A stretch of 64,000 bases of DNA. Source: Stegostoma tigrinum (lineage: Eukaryota). A program made the translations under genes and the position numbers. Position 1 is the first letter of the stretch; every line of letters begins with the position of its first letter. A model generated the notes under the pieces. The model searched no databases, was not told the origin of the DNA, and worked only from the letters and a program-made list of their open reading frames with translations. Below, one piece after another: positions 11,101 to 23,100 of this stretch. The stretch spans positions 23,120,647 to 23,184,646 of the forward strand of contig NC_081387.1 of NCBI RefSeq assembly GCF_030684315.1. The letters are read 5' to 3'.

Positions 11101-14100
11101 GAGTTCCCTGAAACTGTATTCTAACAACTTTGGTTCTGCATGGATCAAAATCTCCTGCGTTCAATCTGGCCACGATTTCAAAGAGCTGAATCAGCTTCTA
11201 ATTTACGAGGCCCAATCAATCGCTTGCTCACTGTGTGGCTGCCTGCAGCTCGTGCCTCTGATTCTGAAGGAACCTGTGAATTAAGGATAAAGTTAACTTC
11301 AACGCCAAGTGCAAAACTTGACTCACTTTTAGAAACAGGTCAACGTTTGAGACACTTCAGATTCCCTCAAGTATCAGAGTCAGTGCACTGGAGAAGCAAG
11401 ACTCAGTGAAAGTGAACTTTGAGCTCCTCACAGTGCTTATGAAAGTCAGAATACACCGCTTCAATTGTAATGCCCTCATCAAGGCTCTCTTGTTGAATTA
11501 TTTTATGAGTTAATAAAGTTAAATGCTGATTGCCTTTACAGGTACAGCTGGCCTGCCTTACGTGATCCAGATTTATCAAAGTAACTGTTAATTTTCTCCC
11601 AGATTATCAGTTCTAAAAGACTTCCTGCCACAAAATGATTAAATGGACTGAACTATAAAATTCATACATCTATAAAAAGATGTACAATATTTGCACATCT
11701 CCACTTCTCTTGAGCCTCAACTACAGCTGAGCAGGACTGGAGGATAATGGCAGAACCTCAGTAATGTTGGATGTATCCTATCTGGTTACAGTGATTTATC
11801 AGTCGAAGTTCAGCCAGCCGAGTGAATAGTTGTTCTTTTATTTATTTTTAGCCCATCTATGTCTCAGCTACCTCTCCTCTCTCTGTGACTTCATCAGGAT
11901 CTTCTGCTTTGGCGTAACACTCAGAAAATAACTCAGCCGTGCCCGTTGTTTCCAGGCACAGATCCCTTTATTATCAAACTGCAGATGATGGAGATCTGAA
12001 ACAAAGTCCTGATGAGGAGTCACCAGACTCCAAGCGTTAACTCTACTTTCTGTCTACGGATGCTGCCTTACCTGCAGAGTTTCACCAGCAATTTCTGTCT
12101 TTGTTATGGATTCCTTTGTGATCCCTTATCAGCCCAACCCCTCCTCTAACTATATCTGAGACATTTGGATTCCCTTTTGTTTTAATTTTTGGATCAGTAG
12201 ATTAAAAATACATTTTGTGATGAAATTTCGTACACATCGTATGAATCATGTCACAGAAATACTCAGGACTATATTATCATTCAATAACAGTAAATGAACA
12301 TCACTTGTGGGTTAAGAATTGTTTGTGAAATGTTTAAAAGAGTTTTCGATTATTGTAGCAGTGGGACGTGAGCACTGGATCCAGGTCGATGGTTACCATA
12401 AAAATGGAATTCGGCTTGTGTGTGAATCTAATGGCTGGTTCCCGCAGCCCCAGATATCGTGGACTGGTGGAAATGGACAGAACCTAACAGCAAAGTCTGA
12501 AATAAACAATCGACGTGACTCAAAAGGTCTTGTAAATGTCCAGAGCAGTGTAATTGTAACAAAAGATCCAACAAACAACTTCAAGTGCCTCACACATAAC
12601 CATCTTTTGAAAGAAGAACAAAAAGCAGACATCCAGATAGCAGGTCAGTAAATGATCAAATACAGCTTTATTTTCAAAATAAACACTGCTGTTTGTCAAA
12701 TCCAGAAAAGCAAATTACATAGTAGATGGAATTTACTGGTGCACTGGAGTTCGCTTTTGACTACAGTGTCACACTCTGAGGTACCTCATTGCATTTACAA
12801 TTTGAGTTTACATTTACAGTATACATTTGGATTTCATGTCAAACATTTCTCTGGTGCAGACAGAAGTAGGCGATGGCCTGATGGTATTATTGCGAGGCTA
12901 TTAATTCAGAAACCCAGCTCATGTTCTGGGGAACTGTATTCGAATTCCATCACAGCAGATGGTGGAATTTGAATTCAGTAACAAATTTTTAAAAATGCCT
13001 GGAATTAAAAATCTACTGATCGCCATGAAATCCTTGCCAGTTGTTGGAAAAACCCATCTGGTTCACCAATGTCTTTCTAGGAAGGGAAATCTGCCATCCT
13101 CACCTGGTCTGGCCTACATGTGACCCCAGACGCACAGCAATGTGGTTGGCTCTCAAGTGCCCTCTGAAATGGCCTAGCAAGCTACTCAGTTGTCCCAATC
13201 GCTACAAAGTCTCAAGGAAATGACACCAGATAGATCACCCAGCATCGACCTAGGCACTGGAAAAGACAACGGCAGAAAGAGCCCTGTTGATCCTGCAAGG
13301 TCCTCCTCACTAACACCTGGTGTGGGGGGGGGGGGGGGGGCGCGCGAGTGCCAAAGTTGGGAAGACTGCCTCACACACGAGTTAAGCAACAGCCCGATAT
13401 AGTCACACTCAGAGAATCATAACTTACAGACAATGTCCCAGACACCACCATCACCATCCCTGGTTATGTCCTGTCCCACCAACAGGACAGAGGTGGTTGC
13501 ACAGAGGTATACATAAGGAAAGTATTGCTCTGGGAGACCTTAATATTGACTTGGGGCCCCGTGAAGTTTCATGGTTTCAGGTTAAACATGAGCAAGGAAA
13601 CTTCGTGCTGATTACCACATGCCGTCGTCCCTCAGCAGATGAATCAGCTCTCCTCCCTGTTGAACAACACTTAGAGGAAGCACTGAGGGTGTCAAGGGGA
13701 CAAAATGTACTCTGGGTGGGGGATTTCAATGTCCACCACCAAGAATAGCTCGGCAGCAGTACTACTGATCAGCTGGTCGGGTCCTAAAGGACATAGCTGC
13801 TACACAGGGTCTGCGGCAGGTGGAGCGGGAACTAACAAGAGGGAAAAACATACTTGGCCTCATCCTTACCAATCTGCCAGCTACAGTTGCATCTGTCCAT
13901 GATAGTATCAGTAGGAGTGACCATCGCACAGTCCTTGTGGAGACAAAGTCCCACCTTCACATTGAGAACAACCTCCATCGTGGTGTGTGGCACTATCACC
14001 GTGCTAAATGGGACAGACTTCACACGGCTCTAACAACTCAAGCCTGGGCATCCATGAGCCTCTGTGGGCCATCAACAGCAGCAGAATTGTACTCCAGCAC

Positions 14101-17100
14101 AATCTGTAACCTCATGGCCCAGAATATCCCTCTCTCAACCATTACCATCCCGCCAGGGGATCAACCCTGGTTCAATGGAGAGTGCAGGAGGGTGTGCCAG
14201 GAGCAGCACCAGGCATTCCTGAAGATGAGATATCAACCTGGCGATGCCACCAAACAGGACTACCTGCACGCCAAACAGTGAAAGCAGCAAGTGATAGACA
14301 GAGCTAAGTGATCCCACAACCAACAGATCAGATTTAAGCTCTGCAGTCCTGCTACATCCAGATGTGAATGGAGGTGGACAATTAAACAATTCACTGGAGG
14401 AGGAGGGCCCAGAAATATCCCCAACCTCAATGATGGAAGAGCCCAGCACATCAGTGCAAAAGATAAGGCTGAAGCTTTCACAGCAATCTTCAGCCAGAAT
14501 TGCTGAGTGGACGATCCATCTCAGCCTCCTCCAGTGGTTCCCAGCTTCACAGATACCAGTCTTCAGCCAATTCGATTCACTTCATGTGATATCAAGAAAT
14601 GGTTGGAGACACTGGATCCAGCAAAGGCTATAGGCCTTGACAATATTCCAGCAATAGTACTGAAGACTTGTGCTGCAGGACTTGCTGCTCACCTGGCCAA
14701 GCTGTTCCAGTCCAGTTGCAACACTGTGGAAAATTGCCCAAGTTTGTCCAGTACACAAAAAGCATGACAAATCCAACCCGGCCAGTTACCGCCCCATCAG
14801 TCTCCTCTCGATCATCAGTAAGCTGATGGAAGGTGTCAGTAACAGCACGATCAAGCAGCACCGACTCAGCAATAACCTGCTCAGTGACGCCCAGTTTGGG
14901 TTCTGCCAGGGCCACTCAGCTCCTGATCCTGTTCCAGCCTTGGCTCAAACATGGACAAAAGAACTAAATTCCGGAAGTGAGGTGAGACTGACAGCCTTTG
15001 ACATCAAGGTGACATTCGACTGAGTGTGGCATTGAGGAGCCCGAACAACACTGGAGTCAACGGGTATCGGGGGAAAACTCTCTGGTAGTTGGAGTCATAC
15101 CTGACACACAGGAAGATGGTTGTGGTCGTTGGAGGTCAATCATCTCAGCTCCAGCTCATTTCTGCAGGAGACCCTCAGGGTGGTGTCCTAGGCCCAACCA
15201 TCTTCAGCTGCCTCATCAATGACCTTCCCTCCATCCTAGGGTCAGAAGTGAGGATGTTGGCCGATGATTGCACAATGTCCCGCACCATTCGCGACTCCTC
15301 AGACACTGAAGCAGCCCGTGTTCAAGTGCAACAAGGTCTGGACAATATAAAGGCTTGGGCTGACAAGTGGCAAGTGACATTTGTGCCACACAAATGCCAG
15401 GCTATAACCATCTCCAATAAGGGACAATCTAACCACCGACCCTTGGCAATCAATGATGTTACCATCGCTAAATCCCGCACTGTCAACATTCTGGGGGTTA
15501 TCATTGGCCAGGAATTCAACTGGACTCACCACATAAACACTGTGGCTACAAGAGCAGGCCTGAAGCTCGGAATACTGTGGGAGTAACTCCCCTCCTGACT
15601 ACTTAAAGCCTGTCCAGTGTCTGCAGTTCACAAGTCAGGAGTGTGATGTAATAACCTCCATTTGCCCTGGATGGGTGCAGCCCCAACGACACTTAAGAAG
15701 CTTGACACCATTCAGGACAAAGCAACCTGCTTGATTGGCACCACATCCACAAGCATCCACTCCCTCTACCACCGACGCTCTGTAGCAGCAGTGTGTACTA
15801 TCTACAAAATAATTCACCAAAGATCTTTGGATAGCACCTTCTAAACAAACAACCACTTCCATCTAGAAGGACAAGGGGTAGCAGACATATGGGAACACCA
15901 CTACCTTCAAGCTCCAATCCTAACCACATGCCATCCTGACTTGGAAATATGTCGCCGTTCCTTCACTGCCACTGTGTCAAAATCCTGGAATTCCCTCCCT
16001 GATGGCATTATGGGTCAACTCATAGCAGGTCCACTGCAGCGGTTTCAGAAAGCAGCTCATCCGCCACCTTCTCGAGGTCAAATGCGGACAAGTAACAAAC
16101 GCTGGGCCCAGCCAGCGACGCCCATATCCCAGAAACAAGTAGCAAAAAAAGGAACTTGAGGAATTTGATGTGGGATCCAACTTCTTGGATGGTAGTGCCC
16201 CTACCTCTGAGCCAGAAGATCTGATTTCAAGTCCCACCTATTTGAGAGGTGTGTAATAACAACCTGGCAAAGGTTGATTTTTAAAAAGCCTTTAATGGAA
16301 GGGCCTTACTCTGCGGTGTTTCTCCATTGAGCTTAACAATGGATGTGCCAAGCTCCCAGCAGGGACCCTGGACCTTGGAATGTGCAAATCCACATTATAC
16401 AGTTCTTGACAGCTCTCTGTCCTGAAAGATAGACAAATACAAGCAGATTACGAGTAATTTTCACCCGATTAATAGTGCTCTAGGAGTAGATGATATTCGT
16501 CTTGATGCCTTTTGTCTGTTTGTCAATAAATTTCAAAAGGCACAAAAAAACTTTATGCCGTAAATTGATAATAGCACAAAGAGTGTGGTAAAATTTGAAT
16601 AAGTCTGGATTCTTGCATCAAAATGATAGTTGTCAACTTGTTGACCATCAATTAACAGCCCTTTAACTGAGTAGCTTGTTCACCCATTTCAGCTGGTAGT
16701 TAAAAGTGTAGGTTTGGAGTGACAAGTAGGCCAGGCCAGGTAAAAATGGCTGATTTCCCTACTCTGAAGGACATTTGCGAAACAGATGGGTTTTTTCAAT
16801 AATTGATGTTCACTTTACAGTCACCACTATAGAGACCGGCTTCAAATTTCAGGTTTTATTTGTTGAATTTAAATTTCATCAACTGCGGTGCTGGGTTTGA
16901 ACCTGTATCCCCAGAACATTCTCTTGGACCCCAGTGACATTTCCACTTCATCATGCACTGGGTCCAATAGCACTGCCCATTTTTGACCCACATGTTTAAA
17001 GAGGCCAGCTTTGGCCAGTTGAGTTAGTAGCACAGTAAACAGTCATGCAAAAGCCGTGGTTGATGGGATCCAAGTGACTCAAGGAGAAGAGAGTGACATG

Positions 17101-20100
17101 GGCAATTTTAACTGCCCACTTATTTGTTTGAAACCTCAGCCTTCAGCATGGGGCCATAAACTCGAAATTGTGCTAAAATCAGTCATTTGAAAAGGATGAT
17201 TACAGTGGAAGAGGTCAGAAGTTAAAAGTATCTGATTAACTGCCATTTACTTTGCAGATGACTTCTTCCCATCTGTCTCAGGCTGGCTGGTGTTTTTATC
17301 TGTGGTGCTCTGTCTTCTCATAATTACTTTAATCGCTGGGATCCTTTGGGATGTGAAACAACTCAGAAATATTAAAGGTACAGTCTCAAATTCAATGACA
17401 ATGGAGGAGACAGATTCGGGACTTAAGGAAAATGTTAAAACTGAACCAGGGTCTTTTTGTTTGTACTTTTTGTGTTGCACCATAGATGTGATAATTCAGT
17501 CATGAAAGTTTTGGTCACAGTGGGAGGGGAGGAGATTGCTGTTTTAATGAAGCCAGCAGCATGTCTGAGAGATCCCTTTGTTTTAATTTTTTTTCATCAA
17601 ATATTATTGTTTTCAAAGATAATGGGAACTGCAGATGCTGGAGAATCTGAGATAACAAAGTGTGAAGCTGGATGAACACAGCAGCCAAGCAGCATCTTGT
17701 GCTCCTAAGATGCTGCTTGGCCTGCTGTGTGCCTCCAGTTTCACACTTTGTTATCTCATTGTTTTCAATTTTTTTTCCCATATCTGCAAAAAAGATCTTT
17801 TTGTTTAATTTTGTTCTACCTCCTCGTCAATCTTCTGTACAAAGAAGCCAATTTCATTGTATAATACAACATGAAACGCAGCACAGTCTAACTCTTTACC
17901 ATCTAAATAGAGCTTGGTGTGTGTTACACTGAAGAAGTGCTAATCTGGGTTTGTTTCAAATTGAAATGAATGCTATTAGTTCGTAGTAAGTGAAAGTATG
18001 TCAGTTGAATTAAGTCACATTTATTTTTAATTCCAATTTATATTTAATGGATTTCTTTCAGAACTGCGGCATGACAAGACGATTGAACAATACGGTAAGA
18101 AATGATGAAATATTTGTCCTCCAGCCAGGGGCCTAGGTATTTTGACGTGCAGATGGCACATCTAACTGCTAAATAATGCCTGTTAAGCAGTCTTACTGAA
18201 AATTACTTTGTGCACAATTTACCATATAAGCAGTACCCTTGCAAAATTTGCCATTTTTGAGGTAAATGTTGCTGAGATTCGCTGATGTTTTTACAGACTA
18301 AAATCCCGCTTGATAGATCATTGTTTGCTTCTTCCTTGTATTTAATGATGTGGTCATTCATTGAACCATAAAGGTACAATACTGAAGATTTGGTTTCAAA
18401 GATAAAAGAAAGTAATATACAAGAGATGGTAACATAGAATGAAGCAATGTATTTACATTTAACACAGTTTGAAAATTTTAGAAATGCTCAATTAAGAATA
18501 CAATCTTCTTGATCCCAATAGCATCATTTTACTATCTTAGACACCACAAGAATCCTTTCTGAGTCACATCTATAGACTTGACGTAATGTTTTCTTTCAAC
18601 TCCTGGTCTTTGGTAGCTGATCCTTGATTAGTAACACAATTGAACTCAAACACTCTCAGCTTCACAACACCTCCCTGGTTCTAAACGAATAATTCTGGTC
18701 TGGACCTTTCACACAAAAACCCTGACACCTTGAGTTAATCTATTTCCTATCCTCTCTAAATATCTCCCTTCTTATGAGAAATATTTCATAGATTTAACCT
18801 GGATTCTACCAAGGTATCTGCCAACAGTATGAATGACATAAGTAGACAAAGCGATGGTGTCCTGCAAAGTGCACCCAGGGAGTTAAGTAAGAAGTTAAAA
18901 AGCAAGACCTCAAGGGCAGTGATTTCTTCATTACTCCCAGTGCCACGCACCAGTGAGGGTAAAAATAGAAAGATAGACCAAGTGAATGCGTGGCTGAGAA
19001 GCTGGTGTAGGGGCAGGGTTTTCAGATCTCTTCTGGGTTAGAGGTGACCTGTACAAGAGAGACGGGTTACACTTGTACCTCTCTCCTCGGGGGGAGATTT
19101 TGTTCCTGTTACCCAGGAGGGTTTAAACTAATTTGACACAGTTTTGGGACTCTGAATAAGAGAGAGACCGTTGAGAAATCAGGGGTAAATACATTAGCCA
19201 TTGAGAGCACAGTTACTATTTGGGATAGCCGGGGATACAGTAACGGAAAGGAAAGGCTTCTGGTTTAAAGTGCATTTATTTCAATGCATGAGGCCTGACT
19301 GGTAAGGCCGATGAGCTCAGAGAATTGATTGGCTGTGGGGTCTGGGATATTGCAACCAGAACAGAAACAGGGCTGGGAGAAGGGCAGGACTCTCTCCTCA
19401 ATGTTCCAGGATACAAAAGCTACAGGTGTGACAGAAGTCCAAGTAAGTGAGGAAGGAGAGCTGCCATTTGATAAGGGAGGACATAACAGCAGTGCTTAGA
19501 GAAGATATTCCAAATGGGTCATCAAATGAGGTCATATGGTTAGAACTTAGAAACAAGAAGGGGATGGTCACTCTGTTGGGACTGTGTAATAGACCCCCCC
19601 CCCCCCACCCCAACAGCCAGTGGTTACTAGAGGAGCAAATGTGTAGAGAGATTGCAGTTACCTGTCAGAATAATAGATAATATAAGTTGGAGATATTAAT
19701 TTCCCCAGTATTGACTTGACCACCCAGAGTGTAAAAGGTCCGGATGGGGTGGAATTTTTCAAATGTGTCTCAGAAAGTTTGGTAAGTGAATACGTTGAGG
19801 TCCTAACTCAGGAGGGTGCAACACTGGACCATCTCTTTGGAACAGGTTCAGGCAAGTGACTGAAGTGTTAGTCGGAGACCACTTTGCAGTGACCGTAACT
19901 CCATCATAGTTATGGAAAAAGATAGGATGGGGTCCACAGGTTAAGGTGCTAAACTGGTGCAGGACCATTTTTGTGGCCTTTTGCAGGATCTAGCAGAGGT
20001 TGATTGGGTGAGTCTGTTTGAAGGAAAAGGAATGTGTGGCAAATGGGAGCTTTTCAAAGTGTAATATCAAGAGTCCAGGAACAGTACATTCCTGTTAAGG

Positions 20101-23100
20101 TGAAGGGAAAAGCTGTCAGATTTGGGGATCCATGGTGAAGAAGGATATTGAGGCTCTGGTCAGGAAATGGAAGGCATACATTCCATTTTAAGCTATCAGG
20201 CTCAAGTGAATCCCTATTTGAGTATAAAAAGTATAGGAGCACTCTTAAGAGGGAAATCAGAAGAGCAAAAAGAGGGTATGAGCTGGATCTGGCAGATATT
20301 GAGCTTACAATGGTGCAGTGGTATTGTCACTGGACTGTGGGCCAGAGACCCAGATAATGTTCTGGAGACCTGGGTTCAAATCCTGGCAGATGGTGCAATT
20401 TGAATTTAATAAATATCTGGAACTAAGAGTCTAATGATGACCACGGATCATTGCTGATTGTTCGGAAAAACCCATCTGGTTCACTCATGCTCTTTAGGGA
20501 AGGAAACTGCCGTCCTTACCTGGTCTGGCCTACATGTGACTCTAGACCAACAGCAATGTGATTGTCTCTTAACTGCCCTCTGGGCAATTAGGGAAGGGCA
20601 ATAAATGGCCAGCAACACCCTCATCACCTGAATGAATAAAGGAGATAAGGGTTTAAGATAATCCCAAAAGGTTCTATAGCCATATGAAGAGTAAAAGGCT
20701 GGCGAGGGAGAGAATAGATCCTCTTAAAGATCAGCATGGCCATCTATGTGTGGAACCACAGGAGATGGGGGAGATTTGTAATGAATATTTCCCATCCCTC
20801 AGAAAAAGACCTTATGCATTCATCCTATCTGTGCCCCTCAATAGAGTCAACACTGAGGAGAGAATCGTGGATGCTAAGGGAATAAGTGGGACGTGTTGGA
20901 CCACATACATACGACCAGAGAGGAGGTGTTTGCAGCCTTAGGCGCATTAAGTTAGATAAATTCCCTGGGCCTGATCAAGTCCATCCTTGGACATTGTGGG
21001 AGGCTAGGGAAGAAATTGCAGAGATTTTTGCTTCATCTTTAGCCGTTGATGAGGTTCTGGAAGACTGGATGGTGGCTGATGTTGTTCTACTGTTAAAGAA
21101 AAGGAGCAAAGATAGTCCAGCGACCTGCAGGACAGTGAGGCTGACATCAGTGGTAGGCAAGTTATTAGAGAGGATACTGAGGGACAGGATCAACCAACAT
21201 TTGGATAGTCACGCTCTGATGAGGGATAGTCAGCATGGATTTATGCCCAAGAAGTTATATCTGACAAATCTTTGAGAGTTTTTCAAAGCGGAAACCAAGA
21301 GGATAGATGATGGTAGGATAGTGGATGTTGTCAATATGGTCATTGGTAAGGCCTTTAACAAGGTTTTGCATGGCAGGCTAGTCATGAAAGTTAGGTCGCA
21401 TGGTATCCAGGGAAAGCTAGCTAATTGGATTGAAAATTGCCTCGATGGTAGGAAGCAAAGGGTGACAGTTGCAGGTTGTTTCTCAGACTGGAGGCCTGTG
21501 ACTAGTGGTGTGCCGCAGGGATCAGTGCTGGGACCTTTGTTATTTGTTATTTACATCAATGATTTGGATGTAAATGTATAAGGCATGACTGGTAAATTTG
21601 CTGAGGTTACAAAGTTAGGAGGTATCGTTGACAGTGAAGAAGGGTATCAAAAATACAGAGGAATCTTGATCAGACAGAGAAGTGGGCTGAGGATGGATAA
21701 ATGCAATTCAATACAAATAAGTGTGGGGTGTTGCACTTTGGAAAGTCAAACCAAGTAAGACTGAAACAGTAAATTGTAAGGCCCTGAGGAGTGTTATTGA
21801 ACAGAGGCATCTAGGAGTGTAAGTACGCAATTTACTGAAAGCGGCGTCACAGGTAGACAGGGTGGTGAAGAAGGCATTTAACATGCTGGTCTTCATCAGC
21901 CGAGGCACTGAGTATGGGAATTGGGACGTTATGTAACAGTTGTGTAAGTCATTGGTAAGGCTGCACTTGGGAGCATTGTGTACAGTTTTAGTCACCCTGT
22001 TATAGGACAGACAGAGTTAAACTGGAAAGTGTGCAAGCAAGACTTACAAGGATGTTGCCAGGACTAGTAGGCCTGAGTTTTAGGGAGAGTTTGGTCAGGA
22101 TAGGACTTGCTGTCCTATGTTCAAAGGAATGGTCGGGTGACCTTACTGAGGTGTATGAAATCATGAGGGGCATAGGTGGGATGAATGCATGTAGTCATTT
22201 TGCTGGGAGATGGGGAATTGAAAACTAGCGGGCATAGATTTAAGGTGAGAGAGGAAAGATTTAAGAAGGACCTGAGGTGCAACTTCTTCACACACAGTGT
22301 TCTGTGTATGGAATGGGCTGCTAGAGAAAGTGATTGAGGCAGGTACAATGGCAACGTTGTAAAAAAAATTTGGATAGGGACATGGATAGGAAAGTTTTAG
22401 AGGAATATGGACCAAATGCGAGCAGTTGGAACTAGCTGAGCAGGCACCGTGGTCAGCATGGCCCAGTTTGGGCTGAAGGGCCTGTATCCATGCCGGATCA
22501 CTCAATGACTCTGTTACTGATCGTTACATCTGAGAGGCTTGCGAGTTATTTCAGACGGCAGTTAAGAGTTGGTGACATTGCTGTTGGCCTGGAGCTGCTT
22601 GTAGGTCAGTCTGGATAAGAACAGCAGAATTTCCTCTTTAAAGGAAGTTAGTGAAACTGATGTTTTTTGTAAGAATTGCTTCATGCCATCATGAGGTTTT
22701 TAATTCCAGGTATTTAAATATCAAATGCTACCATGTACTGTGCTAGGATTATTACTTGGATCTCAGGATTACTAGTCTAGCAGCGATACCAAATCAGCAT
22801 TACCTACCACATTTAGAACCTAAATCCTGTGGTGAGGTCCTCAATCTGTGGTGAATCAATGAAAGGCAAAATAAGAAAACAAGAGTGCCCTGTGTGACTG
22901 AAGTAAAATGAAGAACTGTGGATAACTGGAAGTCTGGAGAAACTGAGCAGGTCAGGCAGCGGCTGTGAAGAGAGAAAGTTAACATTTTGAGTCGGTTACA
23001 TTTTGTATGATGTGAAAGTAGCTGGGAAATAGCAGTCTTGAATATTTTAGTCAAAATGGAAATGCTCAGAGAGAGAGGAGCAGAATTTTCCTTTGCTTCT

